Of a stretch of DNA of 64,000 nt, positions 10,362 to 22,621 are shown one piece after another (position 1 is the first letter of the stretch; every line of letters begins with the position of its first letter). Source of the stretch: Spirochaetia bacterium (GTDB lineage: Bacteria; Spirochaetota; Spirochaetia; SZUA-6; Bin103); NCBI GenBank assembly GCA_965208575.1, contig CBDBOV010000002.1:96001-160000 (forward strand), in the 5' to 3' direction. A model generated the notes under the pieces. That model had not been told where the DNA came from. It made no database searches and saw only the letters and a program-made list of their open reading frames with translations. The position numbers and the translations under genes were made by a program.

Positions 10362-11207
10362 ATGAACGACGTGGGCGACACCCGTGGACAGGTTCCCTAC
10401 CTGCTGCAACTGCTCGATGATGACGCCGCGGGGGTACGCCGGCGGGTGATGCACGCCCTCGAGAAGCTGGGCCCCGACCTCGAACTGCTGGCCGAACCGC
10501 ATCTGCAGCGCCTGAACGCCGGGCAGCACGAGGCCCTGCGGCGCGTTCTGGCCCGGCAGCGCAAGGCCTGGCTGCGCGAGCGATGGCCGAGCTGGGCGGC
10601 GGTCGAGGGCCGGCGCCCGCGCATCGAGGCCGCGCTCAGCCTGCTTGCCCGCTTCCAGCTCGGCGTGGAGTTTCCGCTCTCCGTCGGCGACATGCTCGAC
10701 GATCTTGCCGACGACTTTCGCGGCTCCGGCCATCCCCCGGACGCGTTCGGCCTGAGCGGGTTTCTGTTCAAGGAGGTGGGGCTGAGCGGCAATCGCGACG
10801 ACTTCTACAACCCGCTCAACAGCAACCTGGTCTCGGTCATCCTCTCCAAGCGCGGCATCCCGATCAGCCTGGTGGCGGTCTACATGCTGGTCGGCCGCCG
10901 TCTCGGCCTGGATATCCAGGGGTGCAACGTGCCGAACCACTTCCTGGCGCGCGTCATCCACGACAAGCGCATCGTGCTCGTGGACTGCTTCGACCGCGGC
11001 CGCGTGGTGGAGGCGGAGAAGCTGCTCGCGCGCACGCCCGCCAACCTGCGCCAATTGCAGATGCTGCGCAACGGCGCCGACCCGGTGCGTATCGTGCAGC
11101 GCATCCTGCACAACCTCAATCACGCCTACCGCCGGGCCGGGGACCACGACCTGAGCGCGTTCATGATCGAGCTGCTCGGCATCACCGCCCGGCGCAAGGC
11201 GAACTAG
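10362..11207 (+). CDS. SirB1/YchA-like transglutaminase-like (Transglut_core2) protein
   Basis: FYNPLNSNLVSVILSKRGIPISL and PNHFL motifs. Confidence 0.85.
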   Translation: MNDVGDTRGQVPYLLQLLDDDAAGVRRRVMHALEKLGPDLELLAEPHLQRLNAGQHEALRRVLARQRKAWLRERWPSWAAVEGRRPRIEAALSLLARFQLGVEFPLSVGDMLDDLADDFRGSGHPPDAFGLSGFLFKEVGLSGNRDDFYNPLNSNLVSVILSKRGIPISLVAVYMLVGRRLGLDIQGCNVPNHFLARVIHDKRIVLVDCFDRGRVVEAEKLLARTPANLRQLQMLRNGADPVRIVQRILHNLNHAYRRAGDHDLSAFMIELLGITARRKAN

Positions 11208-11315
11208 GAGCTGCCGGATTGCGACAGCCTCCTGGTGCAACGGACGGGATGGGCCAAAGGCACCGCCGGCAGGCGGTGGTTTTGGGGCGTTAGCCGGGGC
11301 GCCGCCGCCCGCGCC

Positions 11316-13559
11316 GTGCCGCGACCCGACTCCGGCAACAACCCGCGCGCGACTCTGGAGGGGAGCGTCAACCGGGTGGTGTACGAACAGGAAGAGAGCG
11401 GCTTCGCGGTACTGGTTCTGCAGCAGCCGGAGGACGGCGGCGAGGCGGTCGCGGTCGGCAACCTGCTCGGCATCAAGCCCGGCGAGGCGGTCCGCCTGGC
11501 CGGCGGCTGGGTGGATCATCCCCGCTATGGGCGCCGATTCGAAGCGCAGTCCTACGCCACCGTCGCACCGCGCACGGTAGCCGGCCTGGAGCAGTACCTC
11601 GGTTCCGGGATGGTGCCCGGCATCGGGCCGGGCTTCGCGCGCCGCATCGTCGGCCACTTCGGGTTGGAAACCCTGCGGGTGCTCGATCAGGCGAGCGCAC
11701 GGCTGCGCGAGGTGCCCGGTATCGGCGCCGCCCGAGCCGGGCAGGTGGCGCGCGCCTGGCAAGAGCAGCGCGCGCAGCGCGGCACCATGCTGTTCCTGCA
11801 GTCGTACGGCATTTCCGCCGCGCACGCGCGGCGCATCTGGCGGCAATTCGGCGCCCGCGCCAGGGCCGTGCTGCAGGACGACCCCTACCGGCTGGCGAGC
11901 CACGTGCCCGGCATGGGTTTCCACACCGCCGACCGCATCGCCGCACAGCTCGGCATCGCACCCGACTCGGCGCAGCGCATCCAGGCGGCGGCGCTGCACC
12001 AGCTCGCCGCGGCCGCCGCGGAGGGCGACGTATTCCTGCCGGAGCCCGCGCTGCGCCAGCGCACAGCCGACCTCACCGCGCTGTCCGACCAGCGCAAGGT
12101 GCAGACCGCGCTCGCCTCCCTGTGCCGGGAGGGACGCATGGTGTGCGCCGATCGCGCCGACGCCGGGCAGCCGGGCACCGTCGCCGCGCGCTATCTCCCC
12201 CACCTGGCGGCCGCCGAGACGCGCGCCGCCGCGCGCCTCGCCGCGCTGCTGGCCGCGCCCGCCCGCGGCCCGGAGGCGGCCGTCGCCGCGCTCGCCGGCG
12301 ACACCGGAATCGAACTGTCGGCCGCGCAGCAGGCGGCCGCCGCGCGCCTGCTGCGCAGCAAGGTGGGCGTGCTCACCGGCGGCCCCGGCACCGGCAAGAC
12401 CACGCTGGTACGCTGGATAGCGGCCAGCTTCCGCCGCATCGGGGCACGCGTGGCGCTGGCCGCCCCTACCGGGCGCGCCGCCAAGCGGCTGGAGGAGTCG
12501 ACCGGCATGGCGGCCGCCACCATCCACCGCCTGCTGGAGTTCAGCCCGCGCGACGGCACCTTTACCCGTACCCGCGAACACCCGCTGGCCATCGACCTGG
12601 TCGTGGTGGACGAGGCGTCGATGGTCGACATCGTGCTGCTGGCCGCGCTGCTCGACGCGGTGCCCGACCGCAGCCGGGTGCTGTTCGTGGGCGACGCCGA
12701 TCAGCTCCCGTCGGTCGGCGCCGGCGCGGTGCTGGCCGACCTGGCGCAGGTGGCGGCGATCCCGACCGTGCGGCTCGCCGAAGTGTTCCGCCAGTCGGCG
12801 GCCAGCCAGATCGTGCGCGCGGCGCACGCCATCAACCGCGGCGAGTTCGATCCCGGCACTCCGTCCGACGCCGGCGGCGACTTCTACTTCATCGCGCGGC
12901 GCGAGCCGGAGCAGGTGGCCGACACGCTCGAACACGTGGTCACCAGCCGCATTCCGCGCCGCTTCGACCTCGACCCGCGCTCCGACATCCAGGTGCTGTC
13001 GCCGATGAACCGCGGCCCGCTCGGCACCGCGCAACTGAACGCGCGCCTGCGCGAACGCCTCAACCCCGCCCCCGATGCCGCGCCCGCCTCGGCGGCCGGC
13101 TCCGCGGCCGGCTCGGGAGCGGGTAGCGGCGCCGGCGCCCGGCTGCGCACCGGCGACCGCGTGCTGCAGACCCGCAACAACTATCAGCTCGAAGTGTTCA
13201 ACGGCGACATCGGCCGGGTGATCGACGTGGACGCCGACGCCGGAGCGGTGCGGGTCGACTTCGCCGGCCGCCACGTCCAGTACGGCGGGGCCGACCGCGA
13301 CGACCTGGTGCTCGCCTATGCGATTTCGATCCACCGCTCACAGGGCAGCGAGTTCCCGGCCGTGGTGATCCCGGTGCACACCCAGCACTTCATCATGCTG
13401 CGCCGCAACCTGCTGTACACCGCGGTGACCCGCGGCAAGCGCCTGGTGGTGCTGGTCGGCAGCGAGATGGCGGTCTCCATCGCGGTGCGCCGCGGCGCGG
13501 ACCGGACCCGCCACACGGCTCTCGCCGAGCGCATCGCAACCGCCGGCGGCGGACGATGA
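11316..13559 (+). CDS. recD2: RecD2 (RecD/TraA family) SF1B helicase
   Basis: HPRYGRRF, HhH motifs, GGPGTGKT, VVDEASM, GDADQLPSV, HRSQGSEF, LLYTAVTRGK; start approximate. Confidence 0.93.
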   Translation: MPRPDSGNNPRATLEGSVNRVVYEQEESGFAVLVLQQPEDGGEAVAVGNLLGIKPGEAVRLAGGWVDHPRYGRRFEAQSYATVAPRTVAGLEQYLGSGMVPGIGPGFARRIVGHFGLETLRVLDQASARLREVPGIGAARAGQVARAWQEQRAQRGTMLFLQSYGISAAHARRIWRQFGARARAVLQDDPYRLASHVPGMGFHTADRIAAQLGIAPDSAQRIQAAALHQLAAAAAEGDVFLPEPALRQRTADLTALSDQRKVQTALASLCREGRMVCADRADAGQPGTVAARYLPHLAAAETRAAARLAALLAAPARGPEAAVAALAGDTGIELSAAQQAAAARLLRSKVGVLTGGPGTGKTTLVRWIAASFRRIGARVALAAPTGRAAKRLEESTGMAAATIHRLLEFSPRDGTFTRTREHPLAIDLVVVDEASMVDIVLLAALLDAVPDRSRVLFVGDADQLPSVGAGAVLADLAQVAAIPTVRLAEVFRQSAASQIVRAAHAINRGEFDPGTPSDAGGDFYFIARREPEQVADTLEHVVTSRIPRRFDLDPRSDIQVLSPMNRGPLGTAQLNARLRERLNPAPDAAPASAAGSAAGSGAGSGAGARLRTGDRVLQTRNNYQLEVFNGDIGRVIDVDADAGAVRVDFAGRHVQYGGADRDDLVLAYAISIHRSQGSEFPAVVIPVHTQHFIMLRRNLLYTAVTRGKRLVVLVGSEMAVSIAVRRGADRTRHTALAERIATAGGGR

Positions 13560-14551
13560 CAGCGGTGGCGAGTGACATTGCCTCCTGGTCGCCGATCGGC
13601 CTTGGCACCTGGGCGATGGGCGGCACCGGCTGGCGCTACTCCTGGGGGCGCCAGGACGATGCCCGGTCCGAGGCCACCATCGTGCGCGCCGTGGAGCTGG
13701 GCATCGACTGGATCGACACCGCGCCCGTGTACGGAGTCGGCCACGCCGAGGAGGTCGTCGGGCGCACGCTGGCGGCCCACGGCCTGCGGCCGCACGTGCG
13801 GGTGGCGAGCAAGTGCGGCTTTCTGTGGCAGCCCGGCAGCCGGCGGCCCTATCCGCGCCTGACCGAGGCCAGCGTGTTCGACGAAGTCGAGGCCAGCCTG
13901 CGCCGCCTGCGCACCGACCGCATCGACCTGTACCAGATCCACTGGCCCGGCCCCGACTGCGACGTCGACGCCGCGTGGGAATCGATCGGGCGCCTCATCG
14001 AGCAGGGCAAGGTGGTCGCCGGCGGCGTGTGCAACCTGGCCGCCGGCGACCTGCAGCGCCTGCATGGCTCGCGCCCGGTGGCCACGCTGCAGCTTCCCTA
14101 CCACCTGCTCGACCGCGCCGCCGAGACCGACCTGCTGCCGCGCTGCGCGGCGCTCGGGGTGGCGGCGCTCGCCTACAGCCCGCTCGCCTCCGGCATCCTC
14201 ACCGAGACGTTCGACGCCCGCCGCCGGCGCCGCCTGCCCGGCAACGACTGGCGCTCGCGCGCCGCCGCCTTCAACGAACCGCTCCTCGCCCGCCACCTGC
14301 GCGCCGCCGCCGCGCTGCGCGCGCTGGCCGCCGAGCGCGGCGTGCGCGCCGAACAGCTCGCCATCGCCTGGGCGGCCGGCCACCGGGCCGTGCGCGGCGT
14401 GATCGTGGGCGCCCGCACGCCGCGCCAGGCCGCGCAGGCCGCGGCCGCCGCCGGCCTGCGCATCGACGGCGAAGCGCGCCGCCTGCTCGCCGCCGCGCTG
14501 CACCGCGCCGCGCGCGCACCTGGCGGCCACGGTGCTCTCCAGGCGCAGTGA
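13556..14551 (+). CDS. Aldo/keto reductase
   Basis: GLGTWAMGG, DTAPVYG, IDLYQIHW, AYSPLASG. Confidence 0.92.
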   Translation: MTAVASDIASWSPIGLGTWAMGGTGWRYSWGRQDDARSEATIVRAVELGIDWIDTAPVYGVGHAEEVVGRTLAAHGLRPHVRVASKCGFLWQPGSRRPYPRLTEASVFDEVEASLRRLRTDRIDLYQIHWPGPDCDVDAAWESIGRLIEQGKVVAGGVCNLAAGDLQRLHGSRPVATLQLPYHLLDRAAETDLLPRCAALGVAALAYSPLASGILTETFDARRRRRLPGNDWRSRAAAFNEPLLARHLRAAAALRALAAERGVRAEQLAIAWAAGHRAVRGVIVGARTPRQAAQAAAAAGLRIDGEARRLLAAALHRAARAPGGHGALQAQ

Positions 14552-14760
14552 GGGCGGCGGGAGAGCGGTGGATCAGCGTCACCGGGGCGCCGGCGCGCTG
14601 CAGGTCGAGGGCGGTCTCCACGGCCGGGTTGCCGCCTCCCACGACCGCCACCCGCCGGCCATAATGGGGGTGCCCGTCATGGAAGTTGTGCGAACGCCTG
14701 GGCAGATCCTCGCCCGGACTGCCGAGCCGCACCGGCGTGTCGAAGCATGGTCCGACTGAG
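14550..14760 (-). pseudogene. Internal relic of a YpdA/thioredoxin-reductase-like flavoprotein
   Basis: GPCFDTPVRLGSPGEDLP...HYGRRVAVVGGGNPAVETALDLQRAGAPVTLIHR (NADPH-binding fold), with no recognisable N- or C-terminal domains. Confidence 0.65.
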
Positions 14761-14849
14761 CATTCTCCAACTGCCCCTGGTCGACGTGTACAACCATGTC
14801 GCGCGGTGACCGCGCCGACTCAACCTGCCGCTCGCCGGCTGCCGCGAGC

Positions 14850-15704
14850 ATGCGGCCCACCGGCGCGGTGGCGCTCGGCGACGCCGCGGTCGCACGGTTC
14901 CGGCGCCGCGTGTGCTGGCACGGACGGCGCCACTACCGCGTTCTGCCGTGGCGCGAGACGAGCGACCCGTACGCCATCCTGGTGTCGGAGGTGATGCTGC
15001 AGCAGACCCAGGTGACGCGCGCGCTCGACCACTACGCGCGCTTCCTGGCGCGCTTCCCGGACCCGGCCGCCCTGGCCGCGGCGCCGCTGTCCGCGGTGCT
15101 GGAACGCTGGCGAGGCCTCGGCTACAACCGCCGGGCGCTGGCGCTGCAGCACGCCGCCGGCGCCGTGGTGCGCGAACACGGCGGCCTGTTGCCGGCCGAC
15201 CGCGACGCGCTGCTGCGCCTGCCGGGGGTGGGCCCGGCCACCGCCGGCGCCGTGCTCGCGTTCGCCTTCGCGCAGCCGGCGGTGTTCATCGAAACCAACA
15301 TCCGGCGCCTGTTCCTGCACCAGTTCTTCCCCGCCGCCGACAACGTACCGGACGCCGCCCTGCTGCCGCTGGTGGCGCGCACCCTCGACCGCCGGCGCCC
15401 GCGGCGCTGGTACTACGCGCTGATGGACTGGGGGGCGGCGCTCGGGCGGCGCCCCGGCAACCCGAACCGGCGCAGCGCCCATTACAGCCGCCAGAAACCG
15501 TTCGCCGGGTCGCGGCGCGAGCTGCGCGGACGCGTGCTGCGCCTGCTCACCGAACGCCGCTGCCTGCCGCTCGCCGAACTGCAGGAACGCTGCGCCGACC
15601 AACGGCTCGCCGCGGTGGTGGCAGACCTGGCCGCCGAGCAGTTCCTGACCCGCTCCGGCAACGTGGTCTGCATCGCCGGCCACCGCGTGCCGCCGCCCAC
15701 CTGA
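14850..15704 (+). CDS. mutY: A/G-specific adenine glycosylase, short form lacking the Fe-S motif
   Basis: LPWR, VSEVMLQQTQV, WRGLGYNRRA, LPGVGPATA; no CX6CX2CX5C. Confidence 0.85.
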   Translation: MRPTGAVALGDAAVARFRRRVCWHGRRHYRVLPWRETSDPYAILVSEVMLQQTQVTRALDHYARFLARFPDPAALAAAPLSAVLERWRGLGYNRRALALQHAAGAVVREHGGLLPADRDALLRLPGVGPATAGAVLAFAFAQPAVFIETNIRRLFLHQFFPAADNVPDAALLPLVARTLDRRRPRRWYYALMDWGAALGRRPGNPNRRSAHYSRQKPFAGSRRELRGRVLRLLTERRCLPLAELQERCADQRLAAVVADLAAEQFLTRSGNVVCIAGHRVPPPT

Positions 15705-15847
15705 CAATCTATTTCTCTACCATGAGTTACGCCGCATTCACTCAGATCGGTGGCGGGCGCCGGCGGGGTCAGGAAGGTGCGCCGCCGCGGGGCGCGCCGG
15801 CAGCGGGGCGCGATCCTTTTTCTGCGTCATCAATGGAACGAATCGGG

Positions 15848-15904
15848 TTGACTGCCGATAATACAAGTGATACGGTTGATACCCTGTCGCATCAGGTGCT
15901 GATG
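15848..15904 (+). promoter_or_regulatory. Putative promoter/operator of the RHH-nrdAB operon
   Basis: TTGACT-17-TACGGT with TG extension; TGATAC at 15868 and 15877; palindrome CATCAG-gtg-CTGATG at 15890-15904. Confidence 0.5.
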
Positions 15905-15934
15905 TTCCCGGCAACCGTGGCAGGAAGGAGCAAG

Positions 15935-16201
15935 ATGCGCGCCTACGGGGCCATAAACCTCAGGCAGGTGCCAATACGGCTGCGCGACCAGTTTCATGCA
16001 GTCTGCGCGCTGCGCGGCACCTCAATGACTCGACGGCTCATTCAGCTCATCGAGGCTGACGTGGAGCGCGCCATCGACGAGGGTACCTACCTGCCGGTGC
16101 CCGTGCGCGGCCCGGACGCGGCAACCGCGCAGTCGGGCGCGGACGCCGCCGCCGTGCAGCGGGAGCTCTTTCCGGAGCACGCGACGCCGGAACAGCAGTA
16201 A
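15935..16201 (+). CDS. Small ribbon-helix-helix-like (Arc/ParG-type) protein, 88 aa
   Basis: AAGGAG RBS; AINLRQVP (beta) IRLRDQFHAVCALRG (helix) TSMTRRLIQLIE (helix). Confidence 0.7.
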   Translation: MRAYGAINLRQVPIRLRDQFHAVCALRGTSMTRRLIQLIEADVERAIDEGTYLPVPVRGPDAATAQSGADAAAVQRELFPEHATPEQQ

Positions 16202-16259
16202 GGGGACCCTGCAAGTAAGGGACCATGCAGCAACGACGAACAATACCACGGAGGGGCAC

Positions 16260-19208
<2,949 letters not shown>

Positions 19209-19211
19209 GCC

Positions 19212-20225
19212 ATGCCGATCATCGGCGCTTCCGCCACCGACCCGAACAAGATCCTCCCGCTCACCTACCCGTGGGCGCGCGAGTTCTACAAGAACGGCGT
19301 GGCCAACAACTGGGTGCCGGAAGAAGTGTCGATGCAGAAGGACGTGGAGCAGTGGAAGGCGCCGGACGTGCTGAGCGGCACCGAGCGGCGCCTGATCCTG
19401 TGGAACCTCGGCTTCTTCTCCACCGCCGAGTCGCTGACCGCCAACAACATCGTGCTCGCGGTGTACCGCCACGTCACCAACCCGGAATGCCGCCAGTACC
19501 TGCTGCGGCAGGCGTTCGAGGAGGCGATTCACACCGACACCTTCATCTACTGCAGCGATTCGCTCGGCCTCGATCCCGACCACATCTACACGATGTACCA
19601 CACCATCCCGAGCATCCGCGAGAAGGACCAGTTCGTGATCGAGATCACGAAGTCGATCTTCGATCCGTCGTTCGACCTGGTCTCGCCCGCCGCCGCCGAT
19701 CGCACCGCCAACGTGCAGCGCTTCCTGCGTGACCTGATCGGCTACTACGTGATCATGGAGGGCGTCTTCTTCTACGCCGGGTTCGCCATGATGCTCGCGC
19801 TCAAACGGCAGGGCAAGATGGTCGGCATCGGGGAGCAGTTCGAATTCATCATGCGCGACGAGAGCGTACACCTGGCGTTTGGCTGCGAGCTGATCAACAC
19901 CATCAAGCAGGAGTATCCGGCCGCCTGGTCCGCCGAGCTGCAGGCGGAGGTCGTGGGCCTGGTGCGGCGCGGCGTGGAATTCGAGCAGGCGTACGCCCAC
20001 GACGCCTGCCCCGATGGTCTGCTCGGCATCAACGCCGTGCAGTTCGCCCGCTACGTCGAGTACGTCGCCGACCGCAGGCTCGAGCGTATTGGCCTGCAGC
20101 GCCAGTACGAGACCGAGAACCCGTTCCCGTGGATGGGGCACACCATGGACCTGAACAAGGAAAAGAACTTCTTCGAAACCCGGGTGACCGAGTACCAGCC
20201 CGCCGGCGCCCTCGACTGGGACTAG
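19212..20225 (+). CDS. nrdB: Ribonucleotide reductase beta subunit, class Ic (Mn/Fe)-type residues
   Basis: FFSTAESL, EEAIHTDTF, MEGVFFY, RDESVH, NFFETRVTEY. Confidence 0.95.
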   Translation: MPIIGASATDPNKILPLTYPWAREFYKNGVANNWVPEEVSMQKDVEQWKAPDVLSGTERRLILWNLGFFSTAESLTANNIVLAVYRHVTNPECRQYLLRQAFEEAIHTDTFIYCSDSLGLDPDHIYTMYHTIPSIREKDQFVIEITKSIFDPSFDLVSPAAADRTANVQRFLRDLIGYYVIMEGVFFYAGFAMMLALKRQGKMVGIGEQFEFIMRDESVHLAFGCELINTIKQEYPAAWSAELQAEVVGLVRRGVEFEQAYAHDACPDGLLGINAVQFARYVEYVADRRLERIGLQRQYETENPFPWMGHTMDLNKEKNFFETRVTEYQPAGALDWD

Positions 20226-20228
20226 CCG

Positions 20229-21191
20229 ATGCGAGCGATACAAGTAACCACGCCCGGAGGACCCGAGGTTCTCCGCATCACCGACCTACCCGTACCCGAA
20301 CCGGGCGCGCACGAAGTCCGCGTCAGAATCGAAGCGGCGGGTGTCAACTTCATCGACATCTACCAGCGCACCGGTCTCTACCCCGTCGCCCCGCCTTTCA
20401 CTCCCGGCATGGAGGGTGCCGGGGTGATCGATGCGGTCGGCAGCGGCGTCACCGCCGTGTCCCCCGGCACGCGCGTGGCGTACGCCATGACCGTGGGAGC
20501 CTACGCCGAATTCGCGCTCGTACCGGCGCGGGCGGTAGTGGCGCTGCCCGACGCTCTGTCCACCAGGCTGGCGGCGGCGGTGTTCCTGCAGGGTCTGACC
20601 GTGCACTACCTGGTAACCGACACGGCGCCGCTCGCCGGCGGTTCCACGGTGCTGGTGCACGCGGCCGCCGGCGGCGTCGGGCGCCTCCTGGTGCAGGCCG
20701 CGCGGCGCCGCGGCGCCACCGTCCTGGCAACCTGCTCCACGCCCGAGAAGGCTGCCATGGTGCGCGCGCTCGGCGCCCACCACGTGCTCGATTACGGCGA
20801 CGTTCCCGAGCAAGCGCGCCGCCTCACCGGCGGCGCCGGCGTCGACGTGGTGTACGACTCGGTGGGGCAGGCCACCTTTGCCGGCTCGCTGGCGGCGCTG
20901 CGCCGGCGCGGCGTGCTGGTGAGCTACGGCCAGTCGAGCGGACCGGTGACCGGCTTCGAGCCGGCGATGCTGTCGCAGGGCGGCTCGCTCTATCTCACCC
21001 GTCCGACGCTGGCCGACTACATCGCCGAGCGAAGCGAGCTGGCGGCGCGCAGCGCCGAACTGTTCTCCTGGGTTGCCACCGGCGAGCTGGACGTGCTGAT
21101 CCACCGCGAGTATCCGCTCGCCGAGGCGGCCGCCGCGCACACCGCGCTGGCCGGCCGCTCCACCACCGGCAAGCTGCTGCTCATTCCTTGA
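20229..21191 (+). CDS. qor: NADPH:quinone oxidoreductase (zeta-crystallin family)
   Basis: GVNFIDIYQRTG, AAAGGVG, VYDSVG, GSLYLTRPTL. Confidence 0.9.
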   Translation: MRAIQVTTPGGPEVLRITDLPVPEPGAHEVRVRIEAAGVNFIDIYQRTGLYPVAPPFTPGMEGAGVIDAVGSGVTAVSPGTRVAYAMTVGAYAEFALVPARAVVALPDALSTRLAAAVFLQGLTVHYLVTDTAPLAGGSTVLVHAAAGGVGRLLVQAARRRGATVLATCSTPEKAAMVRALGAHHVLDYGDVPEQARRLTGGAGVDVVYDSVGQATFAGSLAALRRRGVLVSYGQSSGPVTGFEPAMLSQGGSLYLTRPTLADYIAERSELAARSAELFSWVATGELDVLIHREYPLAEAAAAHTALAGRSTTGKLLLIP

Positions 21192-21334
21192 CCGTGGCAC
21201 CGGGGCCGGAGTGGCGCCCCGGGCCGGACAGGCAGGGCCGGACAAGCAGGGCCGGGGCCGAACAGGCGGGCGGTCAGGAGGAGTCGGCGAGGGCGCCGGC
21301 GAGGCCGGGTGGAATCCCCGGACCTGACCCGGTT

Positions 21335-21419
21335 TGCTGCGGAAAGGACTTGAACCTTCACGGGCTAAACGCCCACTAGCCCCTCAAGCTAGCGTGTCTA
21401 CCAATTCCACCACCGCAGC
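21335..21419 (-). tRNA. tRNA-Leu(GAG), no encoded CCA
   Basis: GCTGCGG acceptor stem, CTAGC-TTGAGGG-GCTAG anticodon arm, long variable arm, GGTTCAAGTCC. Confidence 0.95.
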
Positions 21420-21563
21420 GGACGGGGCAAGTTGCCCCATTGCGCTCCCATCTGTCAACAACGATCCGCGCATGCAATTGGCTGCAATTGGCGCACGCCC
21501 CTTGCGAAGCGGCGGTGCATCCGGTACGGTCCTGCCTCTATTTCGCACCCCGCGGAGCCGATC

Positions 21564-22538
21564 ATGGACGATACCGACCACCTGCACGGACGCTCGCTGC
21601 TCACGCTGAGCGACTTTCCTCCGGACGACGTTCGCCTGCTGCTCGCCCTCGCCCGGCGCGCCAAGGCGGATCGGCGCGCCGGCGCAGTACGCCGCCGATT
21701 CGCCGGCATGAGCCTGGCGCTGCTGTACGAGAAGCCCTCCACCCGCACCCGCTGCGCGTTCGACACCGCGTTCGGCGAAGAGGGCGGCCATACCGTGTTC
21801 CTTGGCGCCGACGACATCCACCTCGGCGTCAAGGAGTCGCTCGAGGACACCGCGCGCATCCTCGGGCGCATGTTCGACGCCATCCAGTTCCGCGGCTACG
21901 GGCAGGCGACGGTGGAGGCGCTCGCCCGGCTGTCCGGCGTGCCGGTGTACAACGGCCTCACCGATACGCGCCACCCCACCCAGGTGCTCGCCGACCTGAT
22001 GACCCTGGAAGAGCACTTCGGCCGCCTCGCCGGCCTCAGGCTCGCGTACGTCGGCGACTGCCGCAACAACATCGCAAGCTCGCTGATGATCGGCTGCAGC
22101 CTGACCGGCGTGCACTTCGCCGCCGTCGGTCCCGCCGAGCTGGCGCCGCCCGAAGCCCTGCGCCGCGAGTGCGCGCCGTTCGCCGAGGCCAGCGGCGCGC
22201 GCATCGAGTGCGGTCCCGGCACCGCGCTGGTGGCCGGCGCCGACGCCGTGTACACCGACGTGTGGGTGTCGATGGGAGAGGAGGAACAGTCCGCTGAACG
22301 GCGCGCGCTGCTGGCCCCCTACCAGGTGAACGCCGATCTGCTCGCCCGCACCGGCAACCCCGGCTGCGTGTTCATGCACGATCTGCCGGCGGTGAAGGGC
22401 AACGAGGTCACCGAGGAGGTGTTCGAAGGCCCGGCCTCGGTGGTGTGGGAGCAGGCAGAGAATCGCAAGCACACCGCGCGGGCGCTCCTGCTGGCCACGC
22501 TGGCGCGCGCCGGCGGGCGCGGCTCCACCGACCGGTAG
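21564..22538 (+). CDS. argF: Ornithine carbamoyltransferase
   Basis: STRTR, HPTQ, DVWVSMG, HDLP, AENRKH. Confidence 0.9.
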   Translation: MDDTDHLHGRSLLTLSDFPPDDVRLLLALARRAKADRRAGAVRRRFAGMSLALLYEKPSTRTRCAFDTAFGEEGGHTVFLGADDIHLGVKESLEDTARILGRMFDAIQFRGYGQATVEALARLSGVPVYNGLTDTRHPTQVLADLMTLEEHFGRLAGLRLAYVGDCRNNIASSLMIGCSLTGVHFAAVGPAELAPPEALRRECAPFAEASGARIECGPGTALVAGADAVYTDVWVSMGEEEQSAERRALLAPYQVNADLLARTGNPGCVFMHDLPAVKGNEVTEEVFEGPASVVWEQAENRKHTARALLLATLARAGGRGSTDR

Positions 22539-22621
22539 CCCGTGGTGGAACCGGACGGCGCCCCGGCGGCGGCGAGCGCGCCCCGCTGACAAGGCGCGAC
22601 CAACGCGCATATCGTGTAGCG

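Noticed and set aside
15705-16259. Cobalamin riboswitch or NrdR boxes upstream of nrdAB
   Set aside because: Consensus elements not recognisable by eye; an Rfam scan would be decisive
21192-21334. Short GGGCCGGACA(G/A)GCA repeats, possible att site downstream of tRNA-Leu
   Set aside because: No duplicated tRNA 3' end or integrase; likely GC-rich slippage/terminator region
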